DNA of 20,000 nucleotides, taken from the IMG/VR virus record IMGVR_UViG_3300035670_005636, one strand, 5' to 3'. The position numbers and the translations under genes were made by a program. The first letter of the stretch is position 1. The number at the start of each line of letters is the position of its first letter. Shown piece after piece: positions 8,275-16,021 of this stretch. The stretch is from an uncultured virus (IMG/VR IMGVR_UViG_3300035670_005636). Its lineage: Duplodnaviria > Heunggongvirae > Uroviricota > Caudoviricetes. Below the pieces are notes generated by a model. That model saw nothing but the letters and a program-made list of their open reading frames with translations. It ran no database searches and was not told the origin of the DNA.

Positions 8275-9745
8275 ACTCACGGAGAATGCTCTTGCTGTAG
8301 TAACATCAATCGCATATACTAAAAAAGAGATTGGTAAACTACAGGAAAAAATAAATTCTCTTTCAACACAAAAAGAAATCCTAGAGATTGTAGGACCATC
8401 TGGCGAGCAAGGGCCACGTGGTCTTCCTGGGATTCAAGGTGAAAAAGGTGAGCGTGGTGATCCAGGCGAAAAGGGCGACAAAGGTGACACGGGATCACAA
8501 GGACCACAGGGCATTTCAGGCGCTAAAGGTGAACAGGGTTATAAAGGTGATAAGGGTGACGTTGGTCCAGTTGGTCCGCAAGGCGAACAGGGCGTTCAAG
8601 GTCCACAGGGCGAGAAAGGTGACAAAGGAGACAAAGGTGATCCCGGCATAGATGGTGCGAAGGGTGAGCGTGGCGAAAAAGGTGATAAAGGTGATATCGG
8701 TCAAAGAGGTGAGAAGGGTGATAGAGGAGACCAAGGATTTCCTGGCAAAGATGGCAAATCTGGTAAAGACGGAAAAGATGGCAAGCAAGGTCCAAAAGGA
8801 GACAAAGGTGACGTAGGTCCTGCAGGAGCACAAGGTCCTCAAGGTGAAAAAGGTGATAAAGGAGAAAAAGGTGATCCCGGCGCAGATGCAGACTTCACTG
8901 CTATAGAAAAACAAATCAATGAATTTAAAGATGTTCTACAAAAAGATGTAACGCAATACAAAAACAAAGTCAATGCAGTCATCTCTAAAGGTTTCGGTGG
9001 AGGTGGTGGTGGATCTGGTGAAGTCAATCTTCGTTTTTTAGATGATGTTGATACAACAAATTTAACGAATAATTATTATTTAAAATATAACGCTACAACA
9101 GGTAAATTTGTATTCTCAGCAATATCAGTTGGTGGTGCTGACCAATCCTTAAATACAACAGATGCAGTAACATTTACAGGAATTACGATTACAGGTGATA
9201 CAGTCAATGTAGGCTCTGCTATACTTACTGCAAATGGATCATCGTTTGATTTGCCCGCTGGTACAACAATCGGTGGTACAACAATCACAGGCATAGATAC
9301 CACTGCTAGAACAACTGCAAACTTAGCATACACTCAAGCGAACACTGCTACAACACTAGCACAAGCAGCATATGACGCAGCAAATAATGCTGGTGGTCAA
9401 CCACACGAAGATGCGCTTGTTGTAACATTTAATAATGATACAGGCAATGTGCATAAAATTGTAGCATTGAATGCTAATGGTGAAACGATTGTAGCAACAA
9501 CAAAAAATATAGATTTCATTGATAGAATTGTTGGTATATTAGATTCTGATAATCATACCGTATCATTTGGTGTTATACAATATAACTCTTGGAGTTGGAC
9601 ACCAGAACAATCGTTGTTTTTAGGAGATAATGGAGATATCGTTACAACATCTACCATTGATGGTGCAGTCTTTTCATTGAAGGTTGGTTATGCAATCAAT
9701 GCAACAAAGATATTTGTAAAGATTGGTACGCCTGTTATTTTATAA
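8255..9745 (+). CDS. Collagen-like virion fibre protein
   Basis: 55 uninterrupted Gly-X-Y triplets flanked by coiled-coil-like segments, then GGGGGGSGEVNLRFLDDVD, a Thr-rich region and a C-terminal beta domain. The GTG start overlaps the gp20 end and has a weak SD, so the start is uncertain. Confidence 0.8.
   Translation: MSEEKSKLTENALAVVTSIAYTKKEIGKLQEKINSLSTQKEILEIVGPSGEQGPRGLPGIQGEKGERGDPGEKGDKGDTGSQGPQGISGAKGEQGYKGDKGDVGPVGPQGEQGVQGPQGEKGDKGDKGDPGIDGAKGERGEKGDKGDIGQRGEKGDRGDQGFPGKDGKSGKDGKDGKQGPKGDKGDVGPAGAQGPQGEKGDKGEKGDPGADADFTAIEKQINEFKDVLQKDVTQYKNKVNAVISKGFGGGGGGSGEVNLRFLDDVDTTNLTNNYYLKYNATTGKFVFSAISVGGADQSLNTTDAVTFTGITITGDTVNVGSAILTANGSSFDLPAGTTIGGTTITGIDTTARTTANLAYTQANTATTLAQAAYDAANNAGGQPHEDALVVTFNNDTGNVHKIVALNANGETIVATTKNIDFIDRIVGILDSDNHTVSFGVIQYNSWSWTPEQSLFLGDNGDIVTTSTIDGAVFSLKVGYAINATKIFVKIGTPVIL
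8393..8887 (+). repeat. Collagen (Gly-X-Y)55 coding repeat
   Basis: Counted from GPS-GEQ-GPR... to ...GDP-GAD; recurring aaaggtgac/aagggtgat 9-mers (GDK/GEK triplets). Confidence 0.95.
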
Positions 9746-9748
9746 ATA
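9741..9748 (+). promoter_or_regulatory. T4-type late promoter
   Basis: Exact TATAAATA overlapping the stop codon of the collagen gene; SD GGAG at 9770-9773 before ATG 9781. Confidence 0.8.
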
Positions 9749-9780
9749 GACAACAAAAATACTCTTTTTGGAGAACATGA

Positions 9781-10182
9781 ATGGCAAACGCATTATATCC
9801 TAAGGCTAAGGAAGCATTTCTAAATGCTGACATAGATTTAGCCGTTGATACAATTAAAATATCTTTGATAGATACCGGAGAATATACTTATGCAGCAACT
9901 CATCAATATAGAAGTGATGTTGCAAATGCTGCCGTTATTTCTACTGCTACACTGACAAATAAAACAACAGCAAACGGCATATTTGATGCTGACGATGCTT
10001 TGTTTACGTCCGTAACTGGAGCGAATGCTGAAGCACTGATTATATTTCAAGACAGCGGAGTACAATCAACTTCAAGGCTTATCGCTTATATTGATAGTGC
10101 AACTGGTCTTCCTATTCTTCCTAACGGTGGTGATATTACAGTAGCATTCTCTAGCGGTTCTAACAAGATTTTCTCTCTCTAA
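9781..10182 (+). CDS. Small beta-rich virion structural protein (minor tail/fibre subunit-like, 'MANALY...GLPILPNGGDI...NKIFSL' type)
   Basis: 133 aa with its own late promoter and SD. The sequence pattern (DTIKISLID, GIFDADD, LIAYIDSATGLP.PNGGDITV) is recalled from small phage/prophage structural proteins; function is inferred. Confidence 0.6.
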   Translation: MANALYPKAKEAFLNADIDLAVDTIKISLIDTGEYTYAATHQYRSDVANAAVISTATLTNKTTANGIFDADDALFTSVTGANAEALIIFQDSGVQSTSRLIAYIDSATGLPILPNGGDITVAFSSGSNKIFSL

Positions 10183-10194
10183 TCAAATAATATT

Positions 10195-10824
10195 ATGAGT
10201 CAGGTGATTGACCTTGATGTTCGAATTTCGAGTGTATCGAATACTGAACTTCAAACGTACTCAGCAAACTCAATCATAAGCGTAGTTGATGAATTAGACT
10301 ACGCTATAGATCCTACATTAGTTTTTGGTATTGCTACACTTAATGCAACATTTACTTCCTTAGCAGATAGCATAGAGTCTACCAGTGCATTGTCTGTAGA
10401 CCATATATTAAACTTCAAAATTTATCTCAATTCAGTGGATTCTGCGACAGCTTTTGGTTGGGATGATCCTCTACTGAATATGGAACTTACAAACGTTCCT
10501 GATCCAGAAATTTCATCAACAGTTATAATACCTACACCAGATGTCAGAAAGGTTCTAGGACCTTTAAGTATTGCAACAACTGTTAATTTTGGATTACCAT
10601 CTTTCACAGATAGTATTCACCGTCTTCTTATATTTAAAGATGATAACATTACAAAAGTTGGCAACACTGATGCTGTAGTTGTTGCAGGTGGTATACGAAT
10701 CAATCCAAGCATTGCAAAGACTGAAACTGCTGAAGCTGGCAGTGCAACACTACCTTCAAATCCAGTTGGTTTCTTGTCAGTGAATATTGATGGAAATGAC
10801 TATAAAATACCATATTACAACTAA
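10195..10824 (+). CDS. Putative fibre/scaffold protein with ~20-25 aa degenerate repeats
   Basis: Repeats AIDPTLVFG / SIESTSALS / SVDSATAFG / EISSTVIIP / SIATTVNFG; C-terminal AGSATLPSNPVGFLSVNIDGNDYKIPYYN motif. Confidence 0.55.
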   Translation: MSQVIDLDVRISSVSNTELQTYSANSIISVVDELDYAIDPTLVFGIATLNATFTSLADSIESTSALSVDHILNFKIYLNSVDSATAFGWDDPLLNMELTNVPDPEISSTVIIPTPDVRKVLGPLSIATTVNFGLPSFTDSIHRLLIFKDDNITKVGNTDAVVVAGGIRINPSIAKTETAEAGSATLPSNPVGFLSVNIDGNDYKIPYYN

Positions 10825-10828
10825 AAAT

Positions 10829-10836
10829 TATAAATA
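10829..10836 (+). promoter_or_regulatory. T4-type late promoter for the prohead core genes
   Basis: Exact TATAAATA, followed by SD AGGAGA and ATG 10857. Confidence 0.85.
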
Positions 10837-10856
10837 CATGAAACAGGAGAAATATT

Positions 10857-11075
10857 ATGGAACATATTAAAAGTGCTTTGCAATTTGCAGCGGATTCAAA
10901 TGCTCTAGAATTTAAAAATTCAATTCTTTCAGCGTTACAAGATAAAGTACAAGATGCACTTCATTTGAAGAAAATGGAAATAGGTTCAAATATGTTTGCT
11001 GAGCCTGAAGAACTAGACCAAGAAGAAACCACAGACCAATTAGATCAAGAGGAAAATGTAGATGAAAACCTTTAA
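10857..11075 (+). CDS. gp67: Prohead core protein gp67-like
   Basis: 72 aa with a helical N-terminal part (NALEFKNSILSALQDKVQDAL..KKMEIGSNMF) and an acidic tail; positioned between portal and gp68/gp21. Confidence 0.7.
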   Translation: MEHIKSALQFAADSNALEFKNSILSALQDKVQDALHLKKMEIGSNMFAEPEELDQEETTDQLDQEENVDENL

Positions 11076-11778
11076 GTCGTTTATCGGACCAGTGAATGAG
11101 TTAGAGACAATCAAACTCAAGCCTAAAAAAGAGCAAGAGATTGTTGATAAAACTTACATGGCGCAAGTCAAAGATCCTGGTGATCTTGAAGACGTTGGTC
11201 CTGAAGAGGTTGGTCCAACAGGTGTCAAAGCAGGTTCAGGAAAGAGGCCAGCGGATCGCTTAGACAATAAGCAAGCGTTTGGTGAAGCCGAAAGTCATCA
11301 AGCAAAAACTACCATGAAACATATCAGTAAGCCAACAGCAGGTGAGAAAAAGGCTGCTAAAGACATCAAGCCTGGTATTGCTGGGTACCGTGATAGAATT
11401 GCTATGCTTAAATCAGCAAAAGCAAGAGGCGCTTTGAAGGAAGATGAAACAGAAATTGAAGAAGCAGACTTTACTAAGCAACAGACAAAAATGGCTCACA
11501 CCATTGGTAAAGAATTTGAAAAGAAGGGTGTAGGAGACAAATACAAAGGTGGTCCATATGCAGTTGCAACAGCAATGGTACGTGATAAGCCAGAAGCAGC
11601 AGCAAAAGCATACAAGACAATCAAAGGTAAGATGAAAGAGCAAGCAAATGTGGATGCTCTATTCAATCTTTATAACGAATTGAATGAAGAAAATCGTGAA
11701 ATTTTCATGCTTCAATTAGAAGAAAATCCAGAGATTCTTTTAGACTTCATCAACAATTTGGAAGAATCAAATGGCTGA
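11062..11778 (+). CDS. Putative internal head / prohead core protein
   Basis: N-terminus MKTFKSFI resembles the T4 capsid-targeting sequence; Lys/Glu-rich low-complexity body with several hydrophobic-x-E sites; helical C-terminal LYNELNEENREIF segment. Confidence 0.6.
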   Translation: MKTFKSFIGPVNELETIKLKPKKEQEIVDKTYMAQVKDPGDLEDVGPEEVGPTGVKAGSGKRPADRLDNKQAFGEAESHQAKTTMKHISKPTAGEKKAAKDIKPGIAGYRDRIAMLKSAKARGALKEDETEIEEADFTKQQTKMAHTIGKEFEKKGVGDKYKGGPYAVATAMVRDKPEAAAKAYKTIKGKMKEQANVDALFNLYNELNEENREIFMLQLEENPEILLDFINNLEESNG

Positions 11779-12229
11779 TATTGTAACATCACAAAAATTA
11801 AAAGACCATGCGTCTGCTTGGGCGTATGTGTTTACAAACATCTCAGATGGCACCGGTGAAACAAATGTTCTAAAAGTTGATGTTTCAGGCTTGACAGCAG
11901 CAGCAAATAGTGCATTGACAAACCAAAGAGTTAACATTAATAAACTTTCATGGTCTATTGCAGGTGCAAACTCTAAAGTAAAACTCATGTGGTCTGGTGA
12001 CAACTCACCGACAACAAATACTATAGTGTTTCTTACTGGCACTGGTACAATGGATCTTGCTACAAATCTTACAGCACCACTTACAAACAATACAGGAAAT
12101 ACAACAGGTGATATTTACTTATCAACTGCTGGCTTTGTTGCAGGCGCAGGATATACATTGATCCTTGAAGGTAAGAAGACTGCTGGTTATTCAAGCCGTG
12201 AAACAACTGACGACGGTATTTCGCCATAA
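11771..12229 (+). CDS. Hypothetical virion structural protein (beta-rich)
   Basis: 152 aa, MADIVTSQ..D...FTNISDGTGET.VLKVDVSGL...TGDIYLST...YTLILE pattern; overlaps the preceding ORF within the head module. Confidence 0.6.
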   Translation: MADIVTSQKLKDHASAWAYVFTNISDGTGETNVLKVDVSGLTAAANSALTNQRVNINKLSWSIAGANSKVKLMWSGDNSPTTNTIVFLTGTGTMDLATNLTAPLTNNTGNTTGDIYLSTAGFVAGAGYTLILEGKKTAGYSSRETTDDGISP

Positions 12230-12232
12230 ACC

Positions 12233-12502
12233 ATGATACGTTTTAAAGAATTCTTAGAAGAAGCATCTATAGTTCGAACAAATCGTGTTCGTGCAGGAAA
12301 ACTTCAGCGTAGAAAATTGGTCTCTGTGCGCCCAGGATATCGTGTGCAAGCAGGTAAACTTGTACGTATGAATCAAAAAGAAAGAATGGCAAGACACCGA
12401 GCACAGATTGTTGGTGCAAGAAAAAGAAAACCAATGCTTAGACAAATTCTGAGAAAAAGAAATCTTTCAATGAAAGTTAGAAAAAGGTCAGGACTAAAAT
12501 GA
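12233..12502 (+). CDS. gp68: Prohead core protein gp68-like (highly basic)
   Basis: MIRFKEFLEE leader followed by an Arg/Lys-rich body (RVRAGKLQRRK...ILRKRNLSMKVRKRSGLK); ATGA-coupled to gp21 as in T4. Confidence 0.7.
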   Translation: MIRFKEFLEEASIVRTNRVRAGKLQRRKLVSVRPGYRVQAGKLVRMNQKERMARHRAQIVGARKRKPMLRQILRKRNLSMKVRKRSGLK

Positions 12503-13146
12503 AACTTATAACAGAAGTCACCGAACAAATCAACATCATCAATGAAGCAACCGAAAGCGGTAAAAAAGAATTCTTCATTGAAGGACCATTTCTTCAAGCA
12601 GAAAAACAAAACAGAAACGGTCGTATTTATCCGATGTCAGTTATGGAACGTGAAGTAAATCGTTATGTTACTGAATATGTTGATAAAAATAGAGCATATG
12701 GTGAACTAGGTCATCCATCAGGACCAACAATCAATCTTGAGCGTGTGTCACACATGACGAAAAGTCTTCGCAAAGAAGGCTCAGATTACATTGGTAGAGC
12801 AAAAATCATGGACACACCATACGGAAATATCGTTAAAAATCTTATGGCAGAAGGTGCTTGCTTAGGTGTATCATCAAGAGGCATGGGATCACTCAAAGAA
12901 AAGAACGGTGTCATGGAAGTTCAAGATGACTTCTGGTTAGCGACAGCAGCAGATATTGTAGCAGATCCATCAGCACCAGATGCTTTCGTTCGTGGTATTA
13001 TGGAAAATAAAGAATGGGTTTGGGATAATGGTGTGATTAAAGAAATGCAAGTTGACACATACAAGAAAACAATTCAAAAGACGCCTGCTAAAGACCTTTC
13101 AAAGGTTCAGATGCGTGTATTTGAAGACTTTATTTCAAAATTATAA
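12499..13146 (+). CDS. gp21: Prohead protease gp21
   Basis: MKLITE, NRNGRIYP, GELGHP (catalytic His), LGVSSRGMGSL (catalytic Ser) and DIVADPSAPDAFV motifs. Confidence 0.97.
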   Translation: MKLITEVTEQINIINEATESGKKEFFIEGPFLQAEKQNRNGRIYPMSVMEREVNRYVTEYVDKNRAYGELGHPSGPTINLERVSHMTKSLRKEGSDYIGRAKIMDTPYGNIVKNLMAEGACLGVSSRGMGSLKEKNGVMEVQDDFWLATAADIVADPSAPDAFVRGIMENKEWVWDNGVIKEMQVDTYKKTIQKTPAKDLSKVQMRVFEDFISKL

Positions 13147-13150
13147 TTTT

Positions 13151-13158
13151 TATAAATA
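13151..13158 (+). promoter_or_regulatory. T4-type late promoter for gp22
   Basis: Exact TATAAATA just after the gp21 stop; SD AAGGAG before ATG 13202. Confidence 0.85.
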
Positions 13159-13201
13159 GATAACAAATTGATTTATTTCAATATACGCAAAGGAGAAACC
13201 C

Positions 13202-13966
13202 ATGGGTGTTGAGAACAAAGAAATCACTGAAGATGATTCTAAGTTAAAGAAAGATGTAGACGCTGAAGTATCTGCAATTTTCTCTGGCGAAGACCTTTCA
13301 GAGGAATTCAAAACGAAAGCAAAAGCAATTTTTGAAGCAGCGGTTCTTGCTAAAGTAGAAGAACAGCAAGCGCAACTTCAAGAAGAATTTGAAACAAAAC
13401 TTGAAGAAGCAACAAAAGAATTCACAGATACCATGGTATCTAAGGTTGATGAGTATTTGGACTATGTTGTTGCTGAGTGGGTTGAAGACAATAAGATTGC
13501 AATTGACAAGGGATTAAAAGCGGAACTTGTTGAAGACTTTATGCTTGGTCTAAAGAACCTATTCGCAGAGCATTATGTTGACATTCCTGAAGATAAAGTT
13601 GACGTAGTAGAAGAATTTGCTACAAGACTTGAAACAATGGAAGAAGAATTAAACGGTGCTATTTCCGATAACGTTGCACTTCGTGCTGAAATTAGTAGTT
13701 TCAAAATGGCTATGATTGCGTCTGAAGTCTCAGAAGGGCTTACAGAGGTTCAGCAAGCTAAATTGGAATCACTTTCAGAAAATATCGAATTCGTATCTGA
13801 AGAAGACTACACAGAAAAACTTCTTCTTGTAAGAAAGAAATATTTTGAAGCAGGCGATGTTGTTGAGAAAAACACTGACGCTGATGAAGAGCAATCATTG
13901 GATGAAGCATATAGTCCACAGATGCAGCATTACGTCAATAGCATCTCAAAAATTCTCAAGAAATAA
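13202..13966 (+). CDS. gp22: Prohead core scaffold protein gp22
   Basis: LSEEFKTKAKAIFEAAV, KVDEYLDYVVAEW, GLKNLFAEHYVDIPEDKVDVV and GLTEVQQAKLESLSE motifs. Confidence 0.95.
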   Translation: MGVENKEITEDDSKLKKDVDAEVSAIFSGEDLSEEFKTKAKAIFEAAVLAKVEEQQAQLQEEFETKLEEATKEFTDTMVSKVDEYLDYVVAEWVEDNKIAIDKGLKAELVEDFMLGLKNLFAEHYVDIPEDKVDVVEEFATRLETMEEELNGAISDNVALRAEISSFKMAMIASEVSEGLTEVQQAKLESLSENIEFVSEEDYTEKLLLVRKKYFEAGDVVEKNTDADEEQSLDEAYSPQMQHYVNSISKILKK

Positions 13967-13971
13967 TTTTT

Positions 13972-13979
13972 TATAAATA
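13972..13979 (+). promoter_or_regulatory. T4-type late promoter for gp23
   Basis: Exact TATAAATA; SD TAAGGAG before ATG 14028. Confidence 0.88.
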
Positions 13980-14027
13980 AAAGAAGAGTTAAAATAAAAT
14001 ACTCATTCAAATTAAGGAGATAGAGAA

Positions 14028-15374
14028 ATGAATATTGATTCCCTAGTTAAAAAATGGGCACCAGTGCTAGATCATCCTGATCTAGGAACAATTAAGGATT
14101 CACATCGTCGTGCAGTTACAGCGCAACTTCTTGAGAACCAAGAAATTGATGGTCGTACAAATGGTTCAGCAGGCTTTCGCAATCCACAATCACTGTTAGA
14201 AACAGCGCCAACAAACGCAATGGGCGCATCATCTTCTACAGCAGGTGATGGCGCAATTGACATTTACGATCCAGTTCTTATCAGTTTGATCCGTCGTGCA
14301 GCACCAAATCTTATCGCTTATGATATTTGCGGTGTTCAGCCAATGACAGGTCCTACTGGTCTAATTTTTGCAATGCGTTCACGCTACGCAGTTTCAGGTC
14401 AAGGCGCAACTGGTACTGAAGCATTGTTTAACGAAGCAAATACAACATTCTCTGGTACAAACAGCGGCAACACAATTGGTTCGCTACAAACAGGTGCTAC
14501 ACCTGCTCTTGCTAATGCTACTAACTACACAGTTGGTACAGCAATGACAACAGCAGAGGCTGAAGCACTCGGTGATGGCGCATCAAATCAATTCAACGAA
14601 ATGGCATTCAGTATTGAAAAGATTTCCGTTGTTGCGAAGAGCCGTGCCCTTAAAGCAGAATACACAATGGAACTTGCACAGGATCTGAAAGCAGTTCATG
14701 GTCTTGATGCAGAGCAAGAACTTGCTAACATTCTTTCAACAGAAATTCTTGCAGAAATCAATCGTGAAGTCGTTCGTCAAATCAACATTTCAGCTACAGT
14801 CGGCGCACAAGAAAACGTTGCAACAGCAGGTACATTTGACTTAGACGTTGACGCAAACGGTCGTTGGTCAGTTGAAAAATTCAAGGGCTTGATGTTCCAA
14901 CTAGAGCGTGAAGCAAATGCAATCGCTAAAGCTACTCGTCGTGGTAAAGGTAACGTGATGATTTGTTCATCAGACGTTGCTTCAGCACTTCAGATGGCGG
15001 GTGTTCTAGATTATACACCAGCACTTGCAAACAACCTACAAGTTGATGACACAGGCAACACATTCGCAGGTGTTCTAAACGGTCGTATCAAAGTTTATAT
15101 TGATCCATATTTTGCAGCATCAAGTGGCGTTCACTATGCTACAATGGGTTACAAAGGTACTTCAGCATTTGACGCTGGCTTGTTCTACTGCCCATACGTT
15201 CCTCTCCAGATGGTTCGTGCAGTTGGTCAAGATACTTTCCAACCAAAGATTGGTTTCAAGACACGTTATGGCATGGTAGCAAACCCATTTGCAACTTCAG
15301 CAGCAGATGGTACAATTTCTTTCACAAACAAGAACATTTACTACCGTCGTTTTGCAATCAGCAATTTGATGTAA
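14028..15374 (+). CDS. gp23: Major capsid protein gp23
   Basis: KWAPVLDH, LLENQE, DPVLISLIRR, GVQPMTGPTGLIFAMR, SRALKAEYTMELAQDLKAVHGLDAE, YCPYVPLQM and FQPKIGFKTRYG motifs; probable gp21 cleavage at LLE/TAPTN. Confidence 0.98.
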   Translation: MNIDSLVKKWAPVLDHPDLGTIKDSHRRAVTAQLLENQEIDGRTNGSAGFRNPQSLLETAPTNAMGASSSTAGDGAIDIYDPVLISLIRRAAPNLIAYDICGVQPMTGPTGLIFAMRSRYAVSGQGATGTEALFNEANTTFSGTNSGNTIGSLQTGATPALANATNYTVGTAMTTAEAEALGDGASNQFNEMAFSIEKISVVAKSRALKAEYTMELAQDLKAVHGLDAEQELANILSTEILAEINREVVRQINISATVGAQENVATAGTFDLDVDANGRWSVEKFKGLMFQLEREANAIAKATRRGKGNVMICSSDVASALQMAGVLDYTPALANNLQVDDTGNTFAGVLNGRIKVYIDPYFAASSGVHYATMGYKGTSAFDAGLFYCPYVPLQMVRAVGQDTFQPKIGFKTRYGMVANPFATSAADGTISFTNKNIYYRRFAISNLM

Positions 15375-15395
15375 TCCGGAATATATCGGATATTC

Positions 15396-15421
15396 AAGGG
15401 GATCGAAAGATCCCCTTTTTT
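15396..15421 (+). terminator. Intrinsic terminator after gp23
   Basis: AAGGGGATC-GAAA-GATCCCCTT followed by TTTT; GNRA tetraloop. A smaller ATCCG...CGGAT hairpin (15374-15391) precedes it. Confidence 0.92.
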
Positions 15422-15426
15422 GTTCT

Positions 15427-15434
15427 TCTAAATA
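15427..15434 (+). promoter_or_regulatory. Variant late promoter (TCTAAATA) for gp3
   Basis: 7/8 match immediately downstream of the gp23 terminator; SD AGGAGA and GTG 15454 follow. Confidence 0.65.
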
Positions 15435-15453
15435 GATGAAATAGGAGAATATA

Positions 15454-15972
15454 GTGGCAGCAGAATTTACATTTGAACCAAGTAATAAAAGTTTTCTTTC
15501 GAATAACAAATATGAATTTGTCATTCGAAGAATGCCTAATTTCACATACTTCGTACAGAGTATTAATTTACCTGGCATTGTACTATTGAATCCTACAGTC
15601 AACAGCCCATATGTCGCTACACCACTTCCTGGCAACCAAATAGCATTTGGTCAATTAAGTGCAACTGTTATGATTGATGAAAACTTAGACGGTTGGTATG
15701 AAATTTACGAATGGATCACTCAATTAGGTAATCCAGTTGGTGTAGATAAGATTGGCAATCTAACAAAAACTCCAGGTAAAAACAATAGCATTACGTCAGA
15801 TGCTACATTGATTATAAAAACAAACTCAAATAATCCAAATAAAAAGATTACTTTTTATGATTTATTTCCCGTTGAACTTGGTGATGTTCAATTCAGTTCA
15901 ACAGATTCATCACAAGAATTTGTTACTACAAATGTAACATTTGGTTATAATTATTATTTGATGACAACTTGA
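15454..15972 (+). CDS. gp3: Tail completion / sheath stabiliser gp3
   Basis: FLSNNKYEF, YFVQSINLPGI, IDENLDGWYEIYEWI, SDATLII and DLFPVELGDVQF motifs; the gp23-gp3-uvsY-uvsW order is typical of non-enteric T4-likes. Confidence 0.85.
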   Translation: MAAEFTFEPSNKSFLSNNKYEFVIRRMPNFTYFVQSINLPGIVLLNPTVNSPYVATPLPGNQIAFGQLSATVMIDENLDGWYEIYEWITQLGNPVGVDKIGNLTKTPGKNNSITSDATLIIKTNSNNPNKKITFYDLFPVELGDVQFSSTDSSQEFVTTNVTFGYNYYLMTT

Positions 15973-15997
15973 TTTAGTTCATTATTAATGATATAAT
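15969..15997 (+). promoter_or_regulatory. sigma70-type (early) promoter for uvsY-uvsW
   Basis: TTGATT (15969-15974) - 17 bp - TATAAT (15992-15997), with an extended -10 TG at 15989-15990. Confidence 0.75.
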
Positions 15998-16021
15998 GAT
16001 GTTTTAACTTTGGATTTTGTT

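Noticed and set aside
8319..9333. Several minus-strand and alternative-frame ORFs over the collagen gene (e.g. 8516-8914, 8523-8831, 8418-8651)
   Set aside because: Shadow ORFs produced by the stop-poor Gly-X-Y codon repeat; low-complexity translations with no supporting signals.
9777..9803. Out-of-frame ATG giving an 8-codon mini-ORF overlapping the 133-aa gene start
   Set aside because: SD spacing fits ATG 9781 rather than 9777; probably incidental.
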